The notes: generated by a model not told the origin, from the sequence alone. A stretch of 64,000 nucleotides of DNA from an uncultured Alphaproteobacteria bacterium (GCA_903860975.1 CAIOSI010000001.1:22403-86402), one strand, 5' to 3'; positions 33,089 to 41,794 are shown, numbered from the stretch's first letter. Translations and numbers: made by a program.

Positions 33089-33133
33089 GTGGGGACGGTT
33101 TCGTGGCGAAATTGCCTTAGAAACCGTCCCCAC
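33089..33133. repeat. 13-bp perfect inverted repeat with 19-nt spacer
   Basis: GTGGGGACGGTTT (33089-33101) and AAACCGTCCCCAC (33121-33133), in ORF-free DNA between IS6 copy 1 and the radC fragment. Confidence 0.6.
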
Positions 33134-33204
33134 TCCGCGTCCCCAGCGATCCCTCGATGGGATAATTTATTCAATATTTTCAGTGACCTGCAGATTTTTG
33201 TGGG

Positions 33205-33369
33205 TTCCTGCACAATCACCCATCCGGCGATCAGACCCCCTCGTCGGCCGACATCGAGATGACCAAGAAGGTCATCGACGCCGCGCGGACCCTGGGGATC
33301 GCGGTGCATGACCACGTCATTGTCGGGCGCGCCGAGGTTGCCAGCTTCAAGGCGCTGGGGTTGATCTAG
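33205..33369 (+). pseudogene. radC: radC (JAB/MPN) C-terminal fragment
   Basis: [54 protein letters not shown], then stop. It is preceded in frame by TGA at 33184-33186 and an AT-rich junction, so only about the last 55 codons remain. Confidence 0.7.
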
Positions 33370-33390
33370 CCGGGGCGGCCGTGATCACGG

Positions 33391-34653
33391 TCAGAGCGGC
33401 GGCGGTTCGGGTCGGAAGCCCGGATAGACGAAGGCTCCCGATATCAGCTCGCAGTCGGGCGCGCTTACGCCAGCGCTGCGGGCGACATCGTACCAGGTGC
33501 TCGCCACCCGCTGCTCCATGTCCGCAACGATGGCGGCGGCCTCGTCGGTCTTCAGGAGAAAGCGTGGGCTTTGTGAGATCAGGTTTTCCGCCGCGGCGAT
33601 GCGGCCGGCATCTCCGATCACCAGCGCCAGATCGCGGCGTTCCAGGCTGATCGGGGTCGATGGCGTCAGGTCGTAGGCCGGCGACAGCCGCCAATCCCTG
33701 GCCTTGGCGATCATCGCGTGATTGCGCGGGTGATCGTCGGCGTTGGAGATCAGGGCGTTGAAGGTCATGCGGCGGAAAAGCTCGCGCGCATCCCTGGCGG
33801 GCTCGGCGCTGACCCGGCGCAGTTCCTCGGCCAGCAGCACATAGGACCAGCGATCCCGCGCCCGATGGCTGTCCTCCGTCCGCAGGAGGGTCAGGGCGCT
33901 GATCATCCGGGCGCGGGTGTAGCCCGCCGCCACGCGCTCGCGGTCAAAGCGGCGGACCATCAGGACGTCTCGCCCTCCCGCCAGCACCACCTTGCTGTCG
34001 GCGGCTTCCAGACCGCAGGCCCGGGCAAGCGTGAGCATGGCGTGTTCGACCCGGGCGCTGTTCCAGCGGTCATCCTGGCGATTGAACTTGGCGATCCATA
34101 GAGCGCCCTCGTCCTCGACGACGGCCTTGGGCCTGGCCCCGCCCATGGAGGTGCCGACCAGAAGCAGATCCTGGATCTGCTGGTTGGCGGCGTCGGGCGC
34201 GAGTTCTTCGTCGGCGATTAGGGCGTCGGCGATCCGCTGTAGCTTCTCCAGCGCGACGGTCTGATTGAAGTCGCGGCGCGGCGCCGGCGGCTCCGCATTG
34301 AGGCCGAAGCCCAGCGCGCCGGCGCGGTCGTCGGCGGAATGCAGCAGGTAGTCGATTTCTCCGAGTTGCGGCTTGCCGGCATGTTTGTCGATGACGCGGC
34401 GGCCCCAATAGTCGGGGCTGGCGTCGCGCAGGGCGCCGAACACGCCGCCGAGCGCGGCGGTCTCGTAGGTGCGGGGTGCGAGCTTCAGCTCGACCGGATC
34501 GATTTCGACGGCTTCAGGGTGCGCCAGGTAGCGCCGGCCATAGACGAAACGTCCGACGGACGTACCGGTCCTGTCGGTCTCCATGACAAAGCGACCGGCG
34601 GTGATCGGCAGGGCGGCCCCTGGCAGGGTGACATGGACAAAGGCCTCTGCCAT
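33391..34653 (-). CDS. hipA: HipA family toxin (Ser/Thr kinase-like)
   Basis: 420-aa ORF with HipA N-terminal and C-terminal regions (..GTSMGGARPKAVV.., ..NADDHPRNHA..). Confidence 0.88.
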   Translation of the reverse strand: MAEAFVHVTLPGAALPITAGRFVMETDRTGTSVGRFVYGRRYLAHPEAVEIDPVELKLAPRTYETAALGGVFGALRDASPDYWGRRVIDKHAGKPQLGEIDYLLHSADDRAGALGFGLNAEPPAPRRDFNQTVALEKLQRIADALIADEELAPDAANQQIQDLLLVGTSMGGARPKAVVEDEGALWIAKFNRQDDRWNSARVEHAMLTLARACGLEAADSKVVLAGGRDVLMVRRFDRERVAAGYTRARMISALTLLRTEDSHRARDRWSYVLLAEELRRVSAEPARDARELFRRMTFNALISNADDHPRNHAMIAKARDWRLSPAYDLTPSTPISLERRDLALVIGDAGRIAAAENLISQSPRFLLKTDEAAAIVADMEQRVASTWYDVARSAGVSAPDCELISGAFVYPGFRPEPPPL

Positions 34654-34658
34654 CGGCC

Positions 34659-35000
34659 TTAGAAATCGTTGTCCAAGGCTTCACCACGCCGCGCGCGGAT
34701 CTTGGCCTTGGAGCGTGCAAGAACCTGTCCTTCCTGGTCGCGAGCTGGGTCGGCCAGGCTTTGCATGTCGGCCAGAAGGTCGAACGCCCAAAGCAGGGCA
34801 GCATAGATCGCGACACTGGTTGTTGGCTTGCCCCGTTCGGCGTCCGACACGGCGCGGCGACCCGCGCCAATCTTTTGAGCGACCTCCTCGACGGTCAGGT
34901 TTCGACGCAGGCGCGCTGTCCGCAGGTTCGCCCCGAGTTCTGTCAGGGCAAGTTCCACGGGATAGGGCGGCGCGAGGAGCAGCGTGTTGCGGGCGGGCAT
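34659..35000 (-). CDS. XRE-family HTH antitoxin (HipB-like partner)
   Basis: 113-aa ORF ending 5 nt before hipA. LGANLRTARLRRNLTVEEVAQKIGAGRRAVSDAERG is an HTH. Confidence 0.8.
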   Translation of the reverse strand: MPARNTLLLAPPYPVELALTELGANLRTARLRRNLTVEEVAQKIGAGRRAVSDAERGKPTTSVAIYAALLWAFDLLADMQSLADPARDQEGQVLARSKAKIRARRGEALDNDF

Positions 35001-35003
35001 GGA

Positions 35004-35121
35004 CGTTCAAGAGCCATTTATGAGGCTTACTGTGCGTTCGAAAGCAAACCACAATTTCGCAGAGCCTGCAAGGCGCCCGCTCTTGAACGCGCTTAAGGCC
35101 GCTTATGGAGCCCTCAAGAGC
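35004..35121 (-). promoter_or_regulatory. repeated TTCAAGAGC motif upstream of the hipB-like gene (candidate operator set)
   Basis: CGTTCAAGAGC at 35004-35014, its exact inverse GCTCTTGAACG at 35079-35089, and CTCAAGAGC at 35113-35121. Confidence 0.4.
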
Positions 35122-35201
35122 ACATTACGAGTGACGGATGCCGGCGCGGGCCTTTTGGGTGGCGGGCGCCGGATGTCGGCGAGGGGAGCCGGCGCGGCCG
35201 G

Positions 35202-36019
35202 GGTTCTGTCAGGTAAACTTCGCGACGCCCCAGAAGCCCCCTGCTCGATTTAGCGGTCAGGCTGCCACGGTCGCAGCCGCCCACGCCCGATGCGCCTCAG
35301 CCCGGAACTGGCGGAGGGTCGGTCGGCGGATCAGATGGGGTTGGAGATTGAAGACGTTATAGTCGGCGGCGTGGGTGGCGAGGAATCTCTGTGCGGAAGC
35401 TCGGGACTTAAATTTCTGCTGCTTTCGCTAGCGTCGCCGGATCGGAAAAAGCGAGTTTTCCGCCCGATTATTCTCGCGCATCCCGCCAGGTAGGTGGCGC
35501 TCGGTCAGGCCTAGATCCCGGGCCGCGGCCCGGCACGAAGCCAGCTTGAAGGTGACGATCGTCTCGGGATGGACACCCTGGTTCTTGAGCAGTTTCCTCA
35601 GCAGCTTCAGCGCCACGGCCTTGTTACGGCGTTCCTGGACCAGCATGTCCAGGACCTCGCCCTCGTCGTCGACCGCGCGCCATAGAAACATCCGCTTGCC
35701 GCCGATCTTCACCACCATTTCATCCAGATGCCAGCGGCCAGTCGGCTTGGGCTGCGAGCGCCGCAGGTTATGGGCGAAGAGACCGCCGAACTTCAGCGTC
35801 CAGCACCGGATCGTCTCATAGCTGACCTCGATCCCTCGCTGGGCCAGCAGGTCCTCGACGTCCCTGAAGCTCAAGGTGAACCGGAAATACAGCCACACCG
35901 CGTGGCCGATCACCTCTGCAGAGAAGCGGTGGCGCTTATACGAAATCAGTCTCAACGCGGGCTCCATCCTGGCCACACGGCCATATCTGGAGACGTTTTA
36001 GCGTTTGCCTGACAGCACC
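35202..36019 (-). mobile_element. IS6-family element, copy 2 (818 bp, both terminal repeats present)
   Basis: Left end GGTTCTGTCAGGTAAAC (35202-35218) against the reverse complement of the right end GTTTGCCTGACAGCACC (36003-36019) matches 15/17. Flanking octamers GCGGCCGG and GCGGTCGC match 6/8. Confidence 0.8.
35257..35976 (-). pseudogene. IS6 family transposase with a single in-frame TAG
   Basis: 240 codons in one frame, closely related to 32129..32842. Codon 183 is TAG (35428-35430) where copy 1 has GAG (..PIRRR*RKQQKFKSRASAQRFL..). No frameshift. Confidence 0.8.
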
Positions 36020-36072
36020 GCGGTCGCCGCCTATCCGAATTCACAGAGTCCAAGATCAACGCGCGGCTTCGT

Positions 36073-36990
36073 TTAGCACCGGTCTGAAAACCGGTCATAG
36101 GCATCGATGCGACGGATCAGAAGGTCGATCTCACGCCCATAGATTTCGGCCTTCAGAAACGCGACCTCAGCCTCCCGGTGCGCATCATCGACGTCGATAT
36201 ACCAAGCGCGCAGCGACCCACTTCCCTCCGCGTTCCACCGATAACCCCGGGCCTTCAAGATGTCCTTCAGGTCGAACGGCGAGTTCTCCGCCCAAATCCG
36301 CCACGTCGGCTTCCGAGCCTGCTCCAGCAGCTCCGCCAACGCGAACCTGCCACTCCTGGGCAACCGCGTTCCCAGCAGCGCGACAACGGCCAGGCAATCG
36401 TTCATCGCGCGATGCCGTTCGTAAAAGAACCCTGCGCCGGCCACGAGGTAGGCCAGCTTAGTCCCCTCGTGGCCCTCCTGGGCCCAATCCACCTGGCTCA
36501 TCGAACAGGCCCAGGCCTTGGTGGTGAAGGTCTCACAAAACCGCTCCAGAAACCCCCGATCAAAGGCCGCGTTGTGGGCGATGACCAGCGCCGCGCCGGC
36601 GGCGAACGAACCGACGGCCGCAGGGTCGATGGCGTGCCCGGCAACCATCTCGTCGGTAATGCCGGTGATGCTTGTGATCTCGGCGGATATCGGCTCGGAC
36701 GGTTGACGCAGACCGTGGAAAGGCTCGCCGACCGCATAGATTTGACCGTCGAGGCCATAGTTGAATGGCACCATGGCCAGTTCGATGATCTCGTGGCGGG
36801 CGGCGTCCAGGCCCGTCGTCTCTACGTCGACCACCAGCCCCTGCCGGGTCACCAGGCCGGCGGGCGGTTCGATCGCCACGTGCGGGGTCAGACGCCGCAG
36901 GACCCGATAGGCGCCGCTGGCCTCGAGCGTCCGCGCCATGGCTTCGAGATTTTCCACCAAGTTCTGTGGCCCCACTTTGCATTCGATCAT
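36073..36990 (-). CDS. DEDDh (DnaQ-like) 3'-5' exonuclease with extra C-terminal domain
   Basis: 305-aa ORF with LVVDVETTGLD (ExoI), IAHNAAFD (ExoII) and HRAMNDC (ExoIII). The C-terminal part contains ENSPFDLKDILKARGYRWN. Confidence 0.8.
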   Translation of the reverse strand: MIECKVGPQNLVENLEAMARTLEASGAYRVLRRLTPHVAIEPPAGLVTRQGLVVDVETTGLDAARHEIIELAMVPFNYGLDGQIYAVGEPFHGLRQPSEPISAEITSITGITDEMVAGHAIDPAAVGSFAAGAALVIAHNAAFDRGFLERFCETFTTKAWACSMSQVDWAQEGHEGTKLAYLVAGAGFFYERHRAMNDCLAVVALLGTRLPRSGRFALAELLEQARKPTWRIWAENSPFDLKDILKARGYRWNAEGSGSLRAWYIDVDDAHREAEVAFLKAEIYGREIDLLIRRIDAYDRFSDRC

Positions 36991-36994
36991 TCGA

Positions 36995-37381
36995 TTAGCC
37001 GCGGCTCGCCAAAGAGCGACAACTCGCGACGAACATAGCGTCTGCGTTGGCGAAGTTGGAAAGGATCAGCACCAAGCTCGGCTCGTCTAGGACGGCCCGG
37101 GTAGGCCGCGCTAAGGTCGTAGCCCGCTCCTCCCTGCTACGCAGACGGACGATCTCCGTGACCCGTCGTCCGTCGCCATCCGCTCGATGTGAACGATTAC
37201 GTGAGTGCCGAAACGACGGCTCGCTGGCCGTCATATCCTCGCCCACCCGCGACGTCTCGGCCGTCGGTTGATGTCCCAGATCACAGCCTTCGGTCGGCAT
37301 GAGCAGCATTCGGCGCTGATGAACAGGAACGGGCGACGGCGAGCGCCAGGTCACCGAGATCGGCTGGTCCACAACGCCCAC
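36995..37381 (-). CDS. hypothetical small protein tightly coupled to the exonuclease gene
   Basis: ORF stop TAA at 36995-36997, only 4 nt before the exonuclease ATG. Moderate G/C third-position bias. The true start is uncertain (candidates 37381, 37309, 37234). I recognise no family. Confidence 0.3.
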   Translation of the reverse strand: MGVVDQPISVTWRSPSPVPVHQRRMLLMPTEGCDLGHQPTAETSRVGEDMTASEPSFRHSRNRSHRADGDGRRVTEIVRLRSREERATTLARPTRAVLDEPSLVLILSNFANADAMFVASCRSLASRG

Positions 37382-37537
37382 AGCATCGACCTCAGCGGCG
37401 AGTCCATGCGCCGCTCCAAATCCCCCACGAAGGCCTGAACGAGAAGCCCCAAACTAGCCAGACAAACACCGACGATAAAGCGCCCACCAAGCAGGCGGCA
37501 TCATGTCGGAACAGGTGGGAGGCATCGTCGAAATCCG

Positions 37538-37720
37538 CACTCTGGACCAGCACTTCGAGGACTTCGCCTTCGTCGTCGACGGCCCGCCACAGGTACATCT
37601 GCCGGCCACCGATCCGGACAACCCTTTCACCGAGATGCCACCGGCCGGTAGGCGATGATCGACGCCGGCGCAAGTTGGCTGCGATCAGCGGACCGAACTT
37701 GATAACCCAGCAGCGCACCA
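37538..37720 (-). pseudogene. internal fragment of an IS6 family transposase
   Basis: VRCWVIKFGPLIAANLRRRRSSPTGRWHLGERVVRIGGRQMYLWRAVDDEGEVLEVLVQS aligns to residues ~45-115 of 32129..32842. Both ends are missing. Confidence 0.65.
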
Positions 37721-37959
37721 CGCGGGGACACTTTTGTTGGTGCAAGCGATCCCGTCAGAGCGGCGGTCTGTTGAGCACGGCCTTCAAGGCGTCCTGGCTC
37801 CGCACCTTGCGGAACCTTTCACCGCCGTCGTTCGCTGAAGTTGCTGGCCAGATCGAGACTTTGGACATCTCAGGCCGGCACGCGTAGCTGTTTCGCGTCT
37901 CCTTCAAACGTCGAATCAACAGGGCTTGTTTCCCTGCTTGGGCTCCGATGGCGGGGTTG

Positions 37960-38607
37960 CTACGTTTCCGCCGCGATGGTTCGCAGCGCGCGCTCGAAGG
38001 CATCGGCGGGTTGGCCGCCGGAGATCAGGTATTTCTCGTTGATGATCACGGCCGGAACCGAGCTGATGCCTGCCTCGTACCATTGGCGCTGCAGTGATCG
38101 GACGTGGCCGGCGAAGCGACCCGAGGTCAGTACTTCGCGGGCCTTCACGGGGTCGATGCCGGCCCGCTCGGCGGCCGCCACCAGCACATCTGGGTCGCTG
38201 GGGTTCTCGCCGCGGGTGAAATAGGCCTCGAACAGGGCGTGCTTCAGTGGCAGCTGATAACCTTCCAGGCCCGCCCAGTGCAGCAGGCGATGGGCGTCGA
38301 ATGTGTTGTAGATTCGACTTTCGGGGGTGGTGGAGATGGTGAAGCCCACCTCGGCGGCGCGGGCGCGGATCTGCTCGCGGTTCGCCGCCGACTGCTCTGG
38401 CGTCGCGCCATACTTCTCGAAGATGTGCTCGCCCAGGGCCTGCCCCTCAGGCGGCATGTCGGGATTGAGCTCGAACGGCTGCAGGGTGATCGTCGCTTCG
38501 ACAAGGTCGCCGACCCGCGCCAACGCTTCCTCAAGCCCGCCCAGTCCAATGATGCACCAGGGGCACGATACGTCGGAGACGAAGTCGATCTTCAGGGCTT
38601 TGGTCAA
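37960..38607 (-). CDS. DsbA family (FrnE-like) thiol oxidoreductase
   Basis: 215-aa ORF. IDFVSDVSCPWCIIG contains a CPWC active site. Confidence 0.85.
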   Translation of the reverse strand: MTKALKIDFVSDVSCPWCIIGLGGLEEALARVGDLVEATITLQPFELNPDMPPEGQALGEHIFEKYGATPEQSAANREQIRARAAEVGFTISTTPESRIYNTFDAHRLLHWAGLEGYQLPLKHALFEAYFTRGENPSDPDVLVAAAERAGIDPVKAREVLTSGRFAGHVRSLQRQWYEAGISSVPAVIINEKYLISGGQPADAFERALRTIAAET

Positions 38608-38760
38608 GCGGTTGCCTCCGTGGCGAATGACATCTCAGGATCTCGGCTTAGAGATAGCGATCCGCGGGAGAATTCCAATTCATCTGCCGCCGATCAGGAT
38701 ACCGATGTTGGCGCTCCGCCTTCCGGGTGGATAGGCTTCAGACACTTTGGGAGACCAACT

Positions 38761-39717
38761 ATGAATAGGCTCTGCAGCACGGCGTTCGCCTTCGCGCTGG
38801 CGGTCAGCGCTGGTGCTGCCGCTATGGCGCAGGTTCCGGTACGGGCGGCTGGGGATCCCGGCCCGCCGCTCAGTGGCTATCCTCGCAGCGCCCTTCGCGC
38901 GCCGACGCCCGCGGAACTGAAGACCGCTGCCTATGTCCGCGATGTCATTTACGGTCACCGCGACGGCATGGCGCTCACCTACGACGTCTTCAAGCCAGTG
39001 AAGAACGCCAACGGCGCGCTCGTGGTCAACATGGTGTCCGCCGGCTGGAATTCGTCGTGGGCCCCGCCGGAAGAACGTCAGGCCCGCTATCAGGCGCTGA
39101 TCGACAAGGGCTTCACTGTGGTCGCGCTCTACCACGCCTCGGCGCCGCGCTTCCAAGTTCCTGACGCGGTTGCGGACGTGCGGCTCGGGATGCGCCACAT
39201 CAAGCTTCACGCCGCCGACTACGGGGCCGACCCTAAGCGGATCGGCGTGTGGGGCGCGAGCGCCGGCGGCCATCTGGCCCTGGTCGCCGGCATGATGGCC
39301 GATGACGGAAACTCAGGCGCCGCCAACCCCCTGGAGCGTTCCGGCAATCGAATTTCGGCCGTCGTCGCCTATTTCCCGCCCACCGACCTGGCCGCCCTCC
39401 TGCAAGGCCGCCCCAAGGCCGGCGCCATCAATTTCGACGACAAGCTCTTTGCTTCAGTCTCGCCCATCCTCAGCGTCGATGCACGCGATCCGCCGACGCT
39501 GATCCTGCACGGCGACGCCGACAGAGGCGTTCCGCCGGCGCAGTCCGAAGCCATGCATGCCGCCCTCGATAAGGTTGGGGTCGAAAACAGGCTGAAAATG
39601 TTCGCCGGCGCGGACCACGACTTCTACGTCAAGGGCGACCCAGCCAAGACCGATGCCTACGCAACCGACGCCATGAAGGAGATGGTCGCCTGGTTCGAAA
39701 GCCACCTCAGGAAGTAG
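38761..39717 (+). CDS. exported alpha/beta hydrolase (esterase/peptidase S9-like)
   Basis: ATG at 38761 gives the signal peptide MNRLCSTAFAFALAVSAGAAAMAQ. GVWGASAGGHLA nucleophile motif and LHGDADRGVP. Confidence 0.8.
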   Translation: MNRLCSTAFAFALAVSAGAAAMAQVPVRAAGDPGPPLSGYPRSALRAPTPAELKTAAYVRDVIYGHRDGMALTYDVFKPVKNANGALVVNMVSAGWNSSWAPPEERQARYQALIDKGFTVVALYHASAPRFQVPDAVADVRLGMRHIKLHAADYGADPKRIGVWGASAGGHLALVAGMMADDGNSGAANPLERSGNRISAVVAYFPPTDLAALLQGRPKAGAINFDDKLFASVSPILSVDARDPPTLILHGDADRGVPPAQSEAMHAALDKVGVENRLKMFAGADHDFYVKGDPAKTDAYATDAMKEMVAWFESHLRK

Positions 39718-39875
39718 TCCGGCAGCGGATTTTCGCACGCGATCGATAGCAAAGCTCGGCCGGCAGGACCCCTGAGCGTCCGCTATCGGCCCGATTGCCA
39801 ACCACCGCTGGCGTAACGTCGTCATAGGGACCGGCCCGCCAGCGCGCGAGGCCTGCGTCAGGGGTACAGCGCAGA

Positions 39876-40556
39876 TCAGGCTGCCGAGACACGAGCCTCT
39901 TGATTACGGCGCTGGCCACGCAACGCCACACCCAGGCCACCGAGGCCGACGAGCATCATCGCCCAAATAGAAGGCTCGGGCACCGCAGAGACGTCAGATA
40001 CGGTCAGCGTTCCGTTGACGGTATCTGACGGGTTGCTGGTGAGCACCAGATTGCGCAGGAAGAATGAATAGGGTGCCGCATGGTCCGATCCATCATAATT
40101 TTCCATCCCCAGACCCGTCAGCGACGTCGCGGCGAATGTATAACTCACGTGCTCCCAGGACCCGTTTGAGTCAGGAATGACAGCCGTGCCCAAACCCGTG
40201 TCACTGAGGAACCAATGGTACGCCGGATCTGGAGTGGTGGCCAAGAAGAAGCCGCAACTGGAAGTATAGTTGCAGGCACCGTAAAAATCGAACGACACCG
40301 TGAACGAGCCCGTGCCGTAGCTACCGCTAGGACTGGATAGATCACCAGAATTGTGTGTTTGGCTAAACGACAAGGCCAGACCACCGCCGGGTGCCGAGAC
40401 GACCTTCGCGTCATTGTAAATGGAAGACCAGCCGCTGAGGTCCGACGTTGACGAAAACGCATCAGAGTAAAGCGTGGCCGCCATCGCAGGCGTGCTCGCC
40501 GCAAACGCGATCAGGGCCGAAAATGCCAGCGCGGTTTTCATGACTAGTTTATTCAT
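39876..40556 (-). CDS. PEPxxWA-CTERM sorting-domain protein
   Basis: Signal peptide MNKLVMKTALAFSALIAFAASTPAMA. The C-terminus has VPEPSIWAMMLVGLGGLGVALRGQRRN, i.e. a PEP motif, a TM helix and a basic tail. Confidence 0.8.
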   Translation of the reverse strand: MNKLVMKTALAFSALIAFAASTPAMAATLYSDAFSSTSDLSGWSSIYNDAKVVSAPGGGLALSFSQTHNSGDLSSPSGSYGTGSFTVSFDFYGACNYTSSCGFFLATTPDPAYHWFLSDTGLGTAVIPDSNGSWEHVSYTFAATSLTGLGMENYDGSDHAAPYSFFLRNLVLTSNPSDTVNGTLTVSDVSAVPEPSIWAMMLVGLGGLGVALRGQRRNQEARVSAA

Positions 40557-40774
40557 TCAATGGTCCCGAATACGGAAATACCTGATCCTGAGCCGATTGA
40601 TATAAAGAGCGGGAAAGCTTGAGCAAGTAGCCTCGTCTGTTAGGCGAGTGATCGGATGCCGGGTTCTCCGTGACGGAAGCGGCGGAAATAAAGGCCGCTT
40701 GTCGCGCGCTCGATGTGGAAGGTCGGGCCGCGCTGGCTGAAAGCCACTCTTCATAGAGTGACGGCTGCCCGCCC

Positions 40775-40791
40775 GTTCCATATTTTGGAAC
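40775..40791 (+). promoter_or_regulatory. palindrome GTTCCA-N5-TGGAAC upstream of higB (candidate operator)
   Basis: Perfect 6+6 inverted repeat 42 nt upstream of the higB ATG. Confidence 0.35.
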
Positions 40792-40832
40792 ATGTCTCTT
40801 GTTCCACCGCCGAGAGCAGGCAACCCACAGTC

Positions 40833-41135
40833 ATGAGGTTGATCGCGCGCGGTGCCACTCTGGAATACGCGACCACGAATTCTGCGGCTGCCACGGCGCT
40901 CGGTCACGGGTTGACGGTCATCCAGGAGGCTTCCTGGACGACGATGTCGGAGGCGGCCAAAGCCTTCTCGACAGCCACGAGCGTGAGCGGTGATCGCATT
41001 CGCTACGAACGGCTCGGCGGTGACTATCGTCTGATCGTGGCTTTCGACTTCGAACGGCAGATCACGTTCGCGAAATTCATCGGCACGCATGCCGAGTACG
41101 ACAAGGTGGATGCCCAGACAGTCGCGCAGTTTTGA
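40833..41135 (+). CDS. higB: HigB family toxin
   Basis: Start at ORF-track M41. MRLIARGATLEY...GDYRLIVAFDFERQITFAKFIGTHAEYDKVDAQTV matches the GN.YRLI...FIGTHAEYD hallmark. Confidence 0.85.
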   Translation: MRLIARGATLEYATTNSAAATALGHGLTVIQEASWTTMSEAAKAFSTATSVSGDRIRYERLGGDYRLIVAFDFERQITFAKFIGTHAEYDKVDAQTVAQF

Positions 41136-41182
41136 GACTACGGCCGCACGCCAGCGCGGCAACCGAGGAATGAGAGGAGGAC

Positions 41183-41341
41183 ATGGAGATTCGCCCGATC
41201 CGCACCGACGAGGATCACAAAGCGGCGCTGGTCGAAATCGACCGCCTTTGGGGAGCCTCCGTCGGCTCACCTGAAGGTGATCGTCTCGACGTGCTCGGCA
41301 CGCTCGTCGAACGCTACGAAGAAACGCGATGGGTGGCATGA
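41183..41341 (+). pseudogene. higA: higA antitoxin, N-terminal 52 codons only (HTH domain missing)
   Basis: MEIRPIRTDEDHKAALVEIDRLWGASVGSPEGDRLDVLGTLVERYEETRWVA, then stop. GAGAGGAGG RBS. Full-length partners continue into an XRE HTH. A solo IS6 end lies 53 nt downstream. Confidence 0.75.
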
Positions 41342-41393
41342 TCGGCGTCAAGGCTCAGTCCCCCTGCGCCCGCGAAACGGGTCAGGATTGAGG

Positions 41394-41419
41394 CAAGTTG
41401 AGGTTAAACTGCCAGCACC
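41394..41419 (+). repeat. solo IS6-type right terminal repeat (copy A)
   Basis: CAAGTTGAGGTTAAACTGCCAGCACC. The last 11 nt are identical to the end of IS6 copy 1 (CTGCCAGCACC), and by eye 19/29 positions match over the terminal 29 nt. Confidence 0.55.
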
Positions 41420-41569
41420 CTCCACAGCCTCGACCCAGAGTAGTCCTGAGAGGATGCGCCCCGCCATTTGCCGAAAACGGAACATCCGCTGGCGCTGCTT
41501 GTTTCGTTTTTCGAGGAGTTGCCGATTGGCTGGATCCCTCTATCTGCCTCGCATTCAGAAAGCGCCCTT

Positions 41570-41794
41570 ATGCCTGACGAAAAGCCCCGTTTCTCAGACA
41601 CTTACCCGCTGCTCCAAAGGGCGCTGTCGAGATGGGACAATGAAGGCGGCGCGAGCCGCAACGGATCACAAGAGAGTTCAATCCCCGACGAAGTGCGCCC
41701 TGCCCCGCCTCAGTTGATCAACGCCGAATTGGTCCAACGCCCTATGCCTCGCAAATTTGGTGGGCGTCGCAAGCCGCCAGGTTCGCCATGCTGA
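41570..41794 (+). CDS. small hypothetical protein with RWDNEGGA motif
   Basis: 74-aa ORF from MPDEKPRF. From memory, LSRWDNEGGA is a motif of small alphaproteobacterial hypothetical proteins. Coding is not otherwise supported. Confidence 0.35.
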   Translation: MPDEKPRFSDTYPLLQRALSRWDNEGGASRNGSQESSIPDEVRPAPPQLINAELVQRPMPRKFGGRRKPPGSPC

